From the human T2T-CHM13v2.0 reference genome, Homo sapiens, in assembly GCF_009914755.1 (NCBI RefSeq), contig NC_060947.1: DNA of 64,000 nucleotides; one strand, given 5' to 3'. A program made the translations under genes and the position numbers. Of the stretch, positions 1-16,936 are shown one piece after another (positions within the stretch are counted from its first letter, which is position 1; each line of letters begins with the position of its first letter). The notes beneath the pieces are model-generated. The model did no database searches. It was given only the letters and a program-made list of their open reading frames with translations, and was not told where the DNA came from.

Positions 1-3000
1 GCACATGTATGAGACTTGAAGAGAGCTCTGATGTAGGTCTTCCCAGTCAAATGGCACCCAAAGGGTTCCCTTGAGACCCTGGAATTTTGCTCCCTCAGGC
101 TTTGCTCCAAAATCTGTGGGGGCTATCCAAAAGAATGTCAGTCAGCTTAGCCCAAGGGCTTTATTAAAAGATTAAAAGATTACAACACAAGTAGATGTTG
201 GTTAGGGAGTCTCAACCCTCAGTGACCACATGACTTCAGGTGGTGCTAGAGAAAAGAAAAGTCTACCAAGGGGGAGAAAAAAAAAGAATAATTGTGATGG
301 CCATCATATATTGGTGAAAATATAACTCTTCAAACTGTCTGCTCTCAGAGTGGTATTTAAGACACCTCTGTTTCCTTGCAAATCTTCAGAAACTTGCAGT
401 ATTGCCACATATACGCATACCACAGTCATTACCTCTTACTCAAAATTCTCTTCTTACTCATAAGGTCTGTTTTACATATTTCAAACCTTTTAATTCCCAT
501 GTTTCCTGTGAAATTTGTGCTTCACGGTATCCCGAAGTTGAATTGAAACTGGTCTGTTTATAGTAATACTGTCCTCTAATATGCAGTGTAGCCTACAGTA
601 GAAACTGGCTACTCTCAAGGCAGTCTATTGCCTTGCATTCTCCATCGTATTGATCTCATGCCCTTCTTTACATATCCCTAGCAAGAGCTCAAAATATTTT
701 TATCTCTGAGCCATAGGAGTGTTTATTGCTTTTTTCCCTTGAATTGTGTGCCAAAAACTGATTTATTTATACTAACTAGTGACTGCATCAGTGACAGAAA
801 CTTAAGCACATAACCTTGGTTAGTCCTATTATATTGTAACTCAAGTACCCTCTTATTTTACTGTCCTCATTACCTCCTCTGGAGATAGTATGAGTGCTAT
901 CTATCCCAGATTACATTAACCCTGCTTGTATTTCAGGATACTAGAGAGGATCCTCTCCAGCCTTGGAAGAAGAATGTTCCAAAGAGAACAGGTAAGAGTT
1001 AGGGAAGGATGTGCACTTTTGCTATGCTTAGTGAGAAGACTGAAATGTAATGGTGAAGATTTAGACTTATAAATGAGACTTTTTTTTGTCACTATTTCAG
1101 TTAAAATCCCAAAGCTGAAGATAGTAAGATTGGACTACCTCTCCACACACATATTCTTTAAAAAGCATCAAGCAGCTGCTAGACACCCACTCCAAGGCTT
1201 TCTAACAGATATTTTAACTGCTCTTGTAAACCTAACCCCACTCCCACTCCAGCTGAGCTACATGGAAGAAATATGTTAAATTAAATTAATTCATATGGGT
1301 AGTGAGTGGTGGGGAAGATTAGGGGCTTTTTCTACAGTCTGGATATTGCCCTAGGCTAAGAGACCAGAGAAATGGAAAGAAAGAATTATGTAGGTAACGA
1401 AAGCATAGGCCCTGCATCTGATTCTCAAAGGTGGGAATAGTGAGGTCTCATGACCCCAGAAAGGAAATGGCTATGGGGTATGTGTCCTAGTGATGAACAC
1501 AAGAATCCTTATAAAATACTAGTATTCCAAATGTGGAATAGAAACAATAGAAAGACTACCATGCAGGCACTGGGCAACAGCTCTCTGCTGGACCCTATAA
1601 ATCACCAAGTACAGATAGTAGCAAAAAGACAATGGCAATTTGTGTGAACTAACAGTCAATAATCAGGTGGCTCCACCTTTCTCTCTCCCCAATGCTTTGG
1701 TATTGTGTAAGACCTCACTTGAAGGAATGCCAATTACTCAAACTGATTCTTGGGTGGGTGTAGACTTTAATGAAGACAACAACATTTTTACTTGGAGTAA
1801 TAGGGAAGAGAATGTTATAGGAGGGGCTCCAGGCACATTTTGAGCACCATCAGGAGAACCACTGGGGCTGGGAAAGACACTATACTAGAGTCTAAGGATT
1901 CTTCTGAGAAAGAATTATGTAAGCAGAATCAAGATAAACAAGTTTGATTCAATAGAAATAGACCAGTGTTTGAACACAGAAGGAATGTAAATTTTAAGTA
2001 TAGCATGGTATATATCAGATTGAATTTTATTCCCAGCCTCAGAGACCTAAGTCTGAATCTTTAGCAAAGAAGTTGCAGTAAACAGAGCAAATCACCATAA
2101 GATATTGCAAGCCAAAGAATCAGCAGCATTGGTACCAAGAGCTTTGGCAGTAATATGATGTATTACCTTATATGCAGGTTAAGTACTCTAAGTACAAGCA
2201 TCTGCAGCAGTCTGAAAGAGGGATTCATCATCAGTAATACTGCCTTGGTCCAACAAAGAGTTTAGGCATTGGTGTTCTCAGTGAAAGCATCAGCATCCTG
2301 AAGCCATCTGTGGAGAGCAGTAGCAAAAGACATCTTTAAGTAGATAGTGACAGAGATTGACTGAAATCCTTTAGAAGGATATTGTTGCAAAAGCTACAAA
2401 CTGGGTAAATTAGTCAAAAAGTTCACATTAAGATCCTATTTTGCTACTCCCAGTACATTTCAAATACATTTCACCATCCTAGTCAAGGCAAACAAGAAGT
2501 GGGGGCAAGGATGACAAAATGGCTGCTGAATGGACAATTGCAATGAAGCAGATCAAGAAAGAGAAATAGACTTTGTAGTAACAGGAAGAACAGGAAGTGG
2601 TAGCTAGATGTAGTAACACTCTATGTAAGATTCCAAAGTTAACTGCAGAATTCCATCAGATTTATATATGGGATTTGTTGTGTATCTAGTTCCCCAACCC
2701 CCACCTACATATATCCCAGCCCCATTGTTTATGGCAAGACCATGTGGAGATAAAGACTTTTTTGTCTGGAATAACCATCATTATCTTATCTCCCTACATT
2801 GCCCCTATTTAATAGGAACATTGAGTTAGGAGGTAAAGAAAGTCAATTAATCAATAAGCATCAATGGCGTCAGGTATGACAACATCAGAGCAAAGGAATA
2901 CTGGGAAACCTAAAGAAGAGTAAAAAGAGATTTAACTAAGGAGAACTTTTACCATTCCTATGAGGAAAGGAGAGACCAATAAAACAACCTGCTTGTTTTA

Positions 3001-3859
3001 ACATTGCAATTGTGTCTATCTTGACCTTAAGCTAAATGTAAAGGTAGAAAATACTCAAGGATTCCCACTTCGGAGAGTCTGTGGACAAAGATCGACTTTG
3101 CTCATTGTTTAAGCAGGAAGTACTTTCAGCCCCACAGGCCAAAAATTTAGTATAAATAATGTTATTGAAACATTTGAAATCTGCCAACACTGCCAACATG
3201 ACTGATAAAAAAAGTCTCCAATTAAAGGGCTTTCGCTCTCAGGCACTGTTTTCATTGACATTATTACTGCACTGGCTGATGACACATATATGAGGAATAA
3301 ATTTTTTTCAAATTAAAAATTGGGACAGATGGTCTATCAAGATTTTCTTTTCTGATTTGTTAATGAACATTCTTACCAATGAATAAGAAATAAATCACAT
3401 TTAGTCAAACATTCACATTTCCTTTATTTAAAATAAAATAGAAAAACTTGGAACTATTCCAGAAATAGCTGCATGTATTTTGTACTTATTTGTACAATTA
3501 ATATACTGGTAACTATTTCAGCTGTACTTCAACTAGCATCCTAGGATTTCCCAAGCCTTCGCCTTTCTATGCTATGTGACCTGCCACAAAACCCAACCAT
3601 TTATTTTGTTTGTAGCTGCTGAGTTCTGCTATAGAAAGTTGGCTCCACTAGAAATGTATGTCATTTAATCTCAATTCAGCCTTCAATACGGCTTGGCAAT
3701 TCCTTATTCATCCCTATGTTGATGCCCCTCAGCAGCTGATAAAAAGTGTTTTATTTTTCATAAGCTCTCAATCCTCAAATGAGAAAACCAAAGGAAGAAA
3801 ACAGAACAATTGTTTTTACAAAGTATGATTCAAGAACACTTCTCTGAAATAGAATTTAA

Positions 3860-4260
3860 AACTTCAGGTTAAAAGGGGAAATTAACCTAGGCAAATTAAC
3901 CAACACAGAGACACATTCTAGTAAAATTACTGGACTTTAAAGGAAAAAAATCAATAAAAGGACCAAAATAACTAATAAAAGAGAGAAAACAAGATTATCA
4001 GACTTTGACAACAAATCTTTTTATGTCAGCAGAAAATGGGATAGCATATTTAACAAGCCCAAGGAAAGAAAATGTGAGCCAAAGATTTTATGACCAACCT
4101 GAGTTCAAGTAAAAATGCCAAGACAAGTTTATCAACATGTGAGAACTCAGGAAATACTGTTCCTGCAAGTTTTTCCTGATTTTACAGAATGAACTTCTAA
4201 TAACCAAAACACCTGGTGAAATATCATCAACCTAAAGACTGATGGTATTAATCATTACTG
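3860..4260 (+). mobile_element. Old L1M/HAL1-type ORF1-region remnant
   Basis: A-rich degenerate sequence (aaaatgtgagccaaagatttta...aacatgtgagaactcaggaaatactgttcc) resembling the 3' part of ancient L1 ORF1; no ORF left. Confidence 0.55.
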
Positions 4261-4309
4261 GCAGCTAACATAAGAGAAAAGAGAGGTAACCCAAAATTTT
4301 GTACCTCCA

Positions 4310-4471
4310 AATAGATCACACCACTATGAAGTCAAGAGGAAAAAAAATCAACTCAAATTTGGTTCAGCCTATAGAACTAACTACCAAGTTACAAGAAGTA
4401 CAGGACAGAGTAACTTATTAAACTACAACAAGAGACTCCACCAAGCAAAGTCAAGACTCTAAGAAACTCTT
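4310..4471 (+). mobile_element. L1MC4-like 3'-region fragment, cut off by the young L1
   Basis: agcctatagaactaactaccaagttacaagaagtacaggacagag...aagactctaagaaactct resembles the recalled L1MC4 3' consensus. Confidence 0.55.
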
Positions 4472-5377
4472 GGGACAGGAGCCAAGATGGCCGAATAGGA
4501 ACAGCTCCGGTCTACAGCTCCCAGCGTAAGCGACGCAGAAGACGGTGATTTCTGCATTTCCATCTGAGGTACCGGGTTCATCTCACTACGGAGTGCCAGA
4601 CAATGGGCGCAGGTCAGTGGCTGCGCGCACCGTGTGCGAGCCGAAGCAGGGCGAAGCATTGCCTCACTTGGGAAGCGCAAGGGGTCAGGGAGTTCCCTTT
4701 CCGAGTCAAAGAAAGGGGTGACGGACGGCACCTGGAAAATCGGGTCACTCCCACCTGAATACTGTGCTTTTCAGACCGGCTTCAAAAACGGCGCACCACG
4801 AGATTATTTCCCGCACCTGGCTCGGAGAGTCCTACGCCCACGGAGTCTCGCTGATTGCTAGCACAGCAGTCTGAGATCAAACCACAAGGCGGCAGCGAGG
4901 CTGGAGGAGGGGCGCCCGCCATTGCCCAGGCTTGCTTAGGTAAACAAAGCAGCCAGGAAGCTCCAACTGGGTGAAGCCCACCACAGCTCAAGGAGGCCTG
5001 CCTGCCTCTGTAGGCTCCACCTCTGGGGGCAGGGCACAGACAAACAAAAAGACAGCAGTAACCTCTGCAGACTTAAATGTCGCTGTCTGACAGCATTGAA
5101 AAGAGCAGTGGTTCTCCCAGCACACAGCTGGAGATCTGAGAATGGGCAGACTGCTTCCTCAAGTGGGTCCCTGACCCCTGACCCCTGAGCAGCCTAACTG
5201 GGAGGCACCCCCCAGCAGGGGCACACTGACACCTCACATGGCAGGGTATTCCAACAGACCTGCAGCTGAGGGTCCTGTCTGTTAGAAGGAAAACTAACAA
5301 ACAGAAAGGACATCCACACCAAAAACCCATCTGTACATCACCATCATCAAAGACCAAAAGTAGATAAAACCACAAAG
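4472..5377 (+). promoter_or_regulatory. L1 5'UTR internal sense promoter and antisense promoter; YY1 site at 4483-4492
   Basis: CAAGATGGCC YY1 motif intact; CpG-rich segment; established L1 biology. Confidence 0.8.
4782..4922 (-). pseudogene. L1 antisense ORF0, truncated to 46 aa
   Basis: MAGAPPPASLPPCGLISDCCASNQRDSVGVG...VVRRF* matches the ORF0 N-terminus; premature TGA where canonical ORF0 (71 aa) continues. Confidence 0.85.
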
Positions 5378-6394
5378 ATGGGGAAAAAACAGAACAGAAA
5401 AACTGGAAACTCTAAAAAGCAGAGCGCCTCTCCTCCTCCAAAGGAACGCAGTTCCTCACCAGCAATGGAACAAAGCTGGATGCACAATGACTTTGACGAG
5501 CTGAGAGAAGAAGGCTTCAGACGATCAAATTACTCTGAGCTACGGGAGGACATTCAAACCAAAGGCAAAGAAGTTGAAAACTTTGAAAAAAATTTAGAAG
5601 AATGTATAACTAGAATAACCAATACAGAGAAGTGCTTAAAGGAGCTGATGGAGCTGAAAACCAAGGCTCGAGAACTACGTGAAGAATGCAGAAGCCTCAG
5701 GAGCCGATGTGATCAACTGGAAGAAAGGGTATCAGCAATGGAAGATGAAATGAATGAAATGAAGTGAGAAGGGAAGTTTAGAGAAAAAAGAATAAAAAGA
5801 AATGAGCAAAGCCTCCAAGAAATATGGGACTATGTGAAAAGACCAAATCTACGTCTGATTGGTGTACCTGAAAGTGATGGGGAGAATGGAACCAAGTTGG
5901 AAAACACTCTGCAGAATATTATCCAGGAGGACTTCCCCAATCTAGCAAGGCAGGCCAATGTTCAGATTCAGGAAATACAGAGAACGCCACAAAGATACTC
6001 CTCAAGAAGAGCAACTCCAAGACACATAATTGTCAGATTCACCAAAGTTGAAATGAAGGAAAAAATGTTAAGGGCAGCCAGAGAGAAAGGTTGGGTTACC
6101 CACAAAGGGAAGCCCATCAGACTAACAGCGGATCTCTCGGCAGAAACTCTACAAGCCAGAAGAGAGTGGGGGCCAATATTCAACATTCTTAAAGAAAAGA
6201 ATTTTCAAACCAGAATTTCATATCCAGCCAAACTAAGCTTCATAAGTGAAGGAGAAATAAAATACTTTACCGACAAGCAAATGCTGAGAGATTTTGTCAC
6301 CACCAGGCCTGCCCTAAAAGAGCTCCTGAAGGAAGCGCTAAACATGGAAAGGAACAACCAGTACCAGCCGCTGCAAAATCATGCCAAAATGTAA
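5378..6394 (+). pseudogene. L1 ORF1p (338-codon frame) with a premature stop at codon 130
   Basis: MGKKQNRKTGNSK... to ...QNHAKM*; TGA at 5765-5767 (CGA>TGA); REKG, ARR and YPAKLS motifs retained. Confidence 0.95.
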
Positions 6395-6457
6395 AGACCA
6401 TCAAGACTAGGAAGAAACTGCATCAACTAACGAGCAAAATAACCAGCTAACATCATA

Positions 6458-10284
<3,827 letters not shown>

Positions 10285-10482
10285 TCAATGAGATCACATG
10301 GACACAGGAAGGGGAATATCACACTCTGGGGACTATTGTGGGGTGGGGGGAGGGGGGAGGGATAGCATTGGGAGATATACCTAATGCTAGATGATGAGTT
10401 AGTGGGTGCAGCGCACCAGCATGGCACGTGTATACATATGTAACTAACCTGCACAATGTGCACATGTACCCTAAAACTTAAA

Positions 10483-10491
10483 GTATAATAA

Positions 10492-10522
<31 letters not shown>

Positions 10523-10536
10523 ATATTAAAAAAAAA
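10483..10536 (+). repeat. (TAAA)n microsatellite derived from the L1 poly(A) tail
   Basis: aataataaataaataaataaat... seen directly. Confidence 0.9.
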
Positions 10537-10714
10537 GACTTCTACCACTTCTGTCTAGTAGAGCTTGCCTCCACCCTGCCCCAGCATTCTCCTCATGCTA
10601 GAAGTCTCTCTCATTCTCCCATTTTCTTTTTCCACCAAAGTTGCACAATGAGACAAAATTAATGCCTGTCACAGCCACATAGTCATTTCAATAAACCTGT
10701 AGTATACAGTGCAG

Positions 10715-11190
10715 CTTATCTGGCCATGTGTTTGGTGATGACTTTTGCCTGCCTATTTCTTCAGATAAGCATTTTCTTATATGGACCAGACAACACAAAC
10801 AACTAGTCTAGAAACAAACATCACTATGATTACTTTGGGATGAGACTTTTTGTCCTCTTCTTTCAAATCAGCATTTACCATATATGATCAGACCCATGAC
10901 TAACTTGTCCAGGAACTTATCTCACTGGAATCAATTTTTGTGTTAGCATTTTCCTCCTCCCTCTTCAGAGAAGCATTTACTCATAAGGATTAGACAATAT
11001 AAATAACTAGTCTAGGAACAAATATCACTTCATGTAATTTTGGGAGTAGCTTTTTCGCCTCTCTTTCTTCAGAGAAGGGATTGTTTATGTGGATTAGACA
11101 CCTGACTAACTCATCCAGAATTCAATATCACTATGATTAATTTTGGTGATTTCACCCTCTTCCTTCAAATAAGCACTCATGATTATGTAT
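10715..11190. repeat. Degenerate ~102-bp tandem repeat, ~4.5 copies
   Basis: Anchor (c/t)ttca(g/a)..aagc recurs at 10759, 10861, 10963, 11067 and 11163. Confidence 0.75.
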
Positions 11191-11194
11191 GATA

Positions 11195-11591
11195 ATCGGT
11201 CTCTCCCTGTGCTGCTATAACAAAATACCTGAGACTGGGTAATTTATAAACAGGAAAAACTTATTTTCTCACAATTCTGGAGGCTGGTAAGTCAAAGATC
11301 AAGGAAATGGCCATTGGTTGTCAGCTGAGGGCTGCTTTTTCCTTCCAAGATGGTACCTTATTACTATATCTTTCAAAGGAGAGGAATATTGTGTCCTCAT
11401 GTGGCAAAAGGTGAAAGGGAAAAAGATCTAAACACTGCATGAAGCCTTTTTTTAAGGGCTTAATCTCATTCATGAGGGGAGGAGACCTCATCACCCAATC
11501 ACCTCTTAAAAGTCCTACCTCTTAATACCATCACATTGGCCATTAAGTTTTAACACCTGAATTTTGAAGGGAACATACTCAAACCATGACA
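11195..11591 (-). mobile_element. MaLR solo LTR, MSTD-like
   Basis: tgtgctgctataacaaaatacctgagactgggtaattt...ttccaagatgg...ctcaaaccatgaca. Confidence 0.8.
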
Positions 11592-12880
11592 CTCCCCATC
11601 CAGAAAGAGCCTCTGATAGGCTCTGCATTTTTTCAATAGCTCTTTTCCAGAAAGTTCTGTCCTCATCCCTCTACTCTCATAGAAACACTCAAGGACAGGG
11701 ACTTAATTTGGTTATCCTTCAACCAAATACATCTGACTTTGTCTACCATCATTTGATTCTTCCAGGATGTTCTCTTTTCATGCCCTTGACACTGCAGAAA
11801 TTCCCAGAGAAGGGGAGTTATACTCAATTCTTCAATCAATCGCTTTCTTAGCCTACTCCTGAAATTTTCCTTAGACCATCCCTTGCAGCCAATCCTACTT
11901 AAGATTTTCCTTGTCCCATAGGCCAAGTGGTCTGGCCTCCCCTTCAGAATCCTGAGCCAAAACAATGCCCTGATGGGATCCCACTCAGGAGTTGTAGCAA
12001 TGGCAACAGATGGCTGCATCTAGGGTGAGGAATCAAATGGGCACTGTCCAGTAGTTGGCTCTCCCTTAGGACACGCATGTGGCTGGACATATAGGTTCTG
12101 GGGAGTATGCCATGGTCACAGTTCTCCAGAGGAGCTACTGAAAAGAGGTAGGTCTGAGGCCTGACCTCTAGTGACTCTTTCTTCTGGTTTCCTTCATGTC
12201 TCTGTCAGTTCAGCTCAAAAGCTCTCTCCACTCATCCAGATTATACAATAGCTCCCCAAAGTAGTACCCTAATGAAATGTGTAAGTAATGATGACTTATT
12301 TTATTCTCCTTCCGCAAAATAGTCTCATTCTCAGCATAAGCAGGAATAATATTTTCATTAACCAAAATGTGGGGCATATGTTTTATAATTAAGAACTTAT
12401 AGCCAGAGAATTTGGGATTGTGGCTGCTTTTGGGAAATCCAGAGCTTTTGGTTTCCAGGAAGTAGATCTAGGCTAGATTTTTGGAGGAAACTAAAATCTA
12501 CTTCACCAAAATAAAAATAACTCAGTCAGCTGAACTTTATTAGATGTCCAAGTGATCAATGATACACACTATCAGATCAGACCTTCCATTTTCCCTTTCC
12601 TCAAGAGGATGACAGGGATTGTTCCACCTCCAAAATGTTATATAAGAGTCCCAGAATTTTCCTTAAATGTGAGTACTATACTAGCTGGAAGCAGGGATTC
12701 TGATGACTAAACAATGTGAACACCAAGTAAAAATGTTCCAGATGATTATTTATTAGATATACAAGTTTATTCATACACAGCAAGTGACCATAAATACACA
12801 CTGCAAATATTTCCAAATAATGTCTTGTACAGGCACCATGATGGGTGACAAGAGCTATGAACTGGTAATCAAGAAATCCA

Positions 12881-13625
<745 letters not shown>

Positions 13626-13990
13626 CTAGGCTTTACCACTCACTAGCTGTCATCTTAAATCAGTGTACCATGCTTGAAGAAGGTTACGTAAAAATCTTTG
13701 CCAATTCTACAAAGGATTAAAGCCTGAACCTTTGCAGTTTTCAGGATATTACAGAAAAGAGAATAGCAATAATTTGGTGAAAAAAAATATTTCTTAGCTC
13801 TATTAGTTCTCTTCATGTCTAGGAATATCTGGAATATTCCAAAGGCATCTCAAAGGAAGAGTAATGTTTCTTTCTCCAGAATAAGAAAGATGTCATGGTC
13901 TATACTGTTACCTTTACTAAAATACAAATGTCCACTTTACTCAATGGAACCCAGAATGAGGTTCTGGCATTTTTCTCTTTTATCCTGAAC

Positions 13991-14568
13991 CAAACATGTG
14001 CTGGTAAGTATTTAACAACTGGCTTTCCAGGGGGAAAGTAGATCTTTGTCTGTAGCATTAACATATTTATATGGTGTAAAAATCTGCCACCATGGCTGAT
14101 TTTATGCCACTTATCTTAGTCTCTTTTGCTGCTGCTATAACAGAATACCGTAGACTGTGTAATTTATATAAGCTTATTTGACTCGCAGTTCTGGAGGCTG
14201 GGAAGTCTAACAGTGAGGAGCTGCATCTGATGAGGACCTTCTTGCTGCATCATCCCATGGTGGGAAGGCAGAAAGACACAAGAGCACACACAAGTGAGAA
14301 GAAGGCTGAACTCATCCTTTTATCAGGAACCCACTCCTGTGATAATGACATTAATCCATTCATGAGGACAGAGCCCTCATGACCTAATCACTTCTTAAAG
14401 GTCTCACCTCTCAGCACTGTTGCACTGGGGATTAAGTTTCCAACATGTGAACTTTGGAGGATATATTCAAGCCATAGCACCACCAAAGTGATGTCACTGA
14501 ATGCAGAGTTAAGAAGAGATACACAGGATTAGCTCTAACAAAATGATGTGAGCCAGCCAGATCTCTGA
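13991..14568 (-). mobile_element. MER63A-like hAT DNA transposon, split by an MST LTR
   Basis: tgtgctggtaagtatttaacaactggc...ccaccatggctgattt | gtgatgtcactgaatgcagagttaagaagagat. Confidence 0.7.
14112..14479 (-). mobile_element. MaLR solo LTR, MSTC-like
   Basis: tatcttagtc...gctgctataacagaatacc...ttcaagccatagca; 5-bp TSD CCACT/CCACC. Confidence 0.85.
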
Positions 14569-14714
14569 TAAGAAATGTAATCTATGCAAAAAAGAAGACA
14601 AAATTAAAAGGATAATGAACAATATCTTCCAATTGTGAAGGGCTGTCATAAAAGGTGATGTTTACTCATTCTCTAATTCAATGATATACAAAACAGTTGT
14701 AGGGGATGAGTGAT

Positions 14715-14905
14715 TGGCATAGAACTCAGAAATTAGAGATAGTCAAGTTGGATTCAAGTCCTGAATCTGTCATTACTAACTTGGGCAAATCGCTTGACAT
14801 TTTGGGGCTTTAGAATCCTCATCTAGAATAACTTAATATGATAGCACTTGCAGAGTTCTAAGAACACTGTCTGGCATACTCAATAAAATGTTAGCTCTTA
14901 TTATC
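14715..14905 (+). mobile_element. MIR SINE
   Basis: ggattcaagtcctgaatctgtcattactaacttgggcaaat...ctcaataaaatgttagct. Confidence 0.65.
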
Positions 14906-16269
14906 ATAACGATCATCATCATCGTCTGCAGAATTGATATAAAAAAGCTAACTGGTCAACTTTCCTCAGAGGTTTTGAAAATTGAAATACTGCATGTAAA
15001 GTAATTTGTAATCTATAAACACTATCCAATCTGATATAGTTTTCCATTATTACTTACTTAGCTCAGAGATATAAAACTGAAGGGATTCTTAAGGGAAATG
15101 TATATTAACTTTTTCTAGAGAGCTTTAAAAATAAGAGAGAATCTCATTGTACATGAAGAATCCTGTCACAGTCACAATCAGAAGGGAGTTTGTTATACTT
15201 TAGAGATCATCTGATCCAAGCACTCATCATATAGATGTGAAAATAGTTGACAAAATTTAAGTAACTTATCTAAGAAGTTAGCAACAAAGTAAGGACTAGT
15301 ATCTAGGTCATTTGACTCATTGTATTCTTTCCGTCAAGCACATAACAATATTGGACTCTACAGTTGCTTGCAGGTCCTGCTGTCTAGCCAGCCACAGAGG
15401 GATGTTAAATAGCAAAATGTTATTATCCTTATCCTGACACCAGAAATTAGTGGAAGTTTGGACATATATTATACGCTTAATTCAGTATCAAGGTTTGGGG
15501 TTCACACCCATCATTATTTTCTCACAAGTAGTGAAAGTGAGGCATCTCTGTTAATTTAAGTCTTTATTTTAATTATTCTGGGGCTACACTTTGCCTGTTT
15601 TCTTCAGAGGCAAAAGAAAAGGCCCCCTGGTCCACTAGGGTCCAAAGCGTAAGCTTGTCCAAAAAGTCCATCACTTCCCAGGGCTTCAGTTTCCTCATAT
15701 GTAAAGATAGATTGTTTAATTAGATTAATCAATTTTCAGTTTGAAAAGCAGTTATTTAGTACCTACTCGGTGGCAAATGTTGTGCTAGACACTCGTGCTA
15801 TATACCAACAGGAGACCAACAAGCCCCTATCTCTGTTGAGATTAAAAGTCCAGTAAGGAAGCAGACACACCCATTATATTACAAGTGTAGCTGTGTTACC
15901 ATTTGTGCAATAATAGCAATATCTACACGGTGCCACAGAGGAGACAATAACCACCGGTAATGTGGCAGATTTCAAAAAGCGGGTAATGTTTTAGCTAGAT
16001 CTTGAAGTATGTGTAGTAGTTTCATAGGTGAAGAATTTGCAATAGAGCATTCCAGGCAGGAGAAACAGCATTCACAAAGGTAAAGAAGCATCAAAGTGCC
16101 TGGTAGGTTTGGGTAATATCAAGAAATTTGAAGTGACCAGAATTGAGAGTGTCTAGTAATGGTAGCAGTTAACATTTATTGAGCATTTCGTATGAACCAG
16201 GAACTGTTCTGTAATCAGTAAAAAAAAAAAAAAAAAAAAAAAAGAGAGAGAGATATTTTGCTTTCTTTT

Positions 16270-16378
16270 AAAACTGATAGTATTTTACATTTACTCTACA
16301 TCTCAATTAAAACCAAACACATTTCAGATGCTCAAAAGCCGTTTGCAGTTTGTGACTGTTATATTGGACAATCCAGCC
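16270..16378 (+). mobile_element. MER3/MER33-like hAT-Charlie fragment
   Basis: acatctcaattaaaaccaaacacatttcagatgctcaa...atattggacaa. Confidence 0.6.
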
Positions 16379-16936
16379 TAAGTGAAACTTTTTGTTGTGC
16401 TCTAGTGTTTTTGTTATTGTGGTTTTTGTTGCTCTTTTTTCGTTTCGTTTTGTTTTGTTTTCTGTTTCTACAATCACAGTTCACATGGTCATCCAAGGTG
16501 ATTCCCTGTGGACTCGGAAAACTCAGAGATTCCCTAACCAACCTATTATGTAGTCTTAAAATGTACTACCCTTTGGGTCAGGTTAATTGACCTTTTTCTG
16601 GGCTGCTTTGGAATTTTTGAGCTTATCCAGTAGGCAAGTGAATGCATTATCTGTGCCTCAGTATAAGCTTAATAGCAAGAGATATGCAGGTGATTACTTC
16701 ATCAGCACATAGTGGTAGTTGAAACCATGGGAATGGATGAGGTCAGCCACAGAACATGTGTATACACTGCAGAATGAGAAGACAAGTGGACTGAGGGTCT
16801 CAGAGAAGCAACCAACACTCAAGGGGAGAGCAAAGGAAGAGAAATGGTCAAAAAATTAGGAGCAGAGCCAGGAACAGAGTGGTATCTCAGGAGACAAGGA
16901 AGGAGAATCTTTAAAGACAGGAATAGGCAACCATAT

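Noticed and set aside
10328-10362. G-quadruplex-forming G-tract
   Set aside because: Standard feature of young L1 3'UTRs.
10715-11190. CRISPR-like array or an intact TPR/TALE (34-aa) gene
   Set aside because: Whole units are similar, with no repeat-spacer alternation; no cas genes; eukaryotic context; every frame checked has stops.
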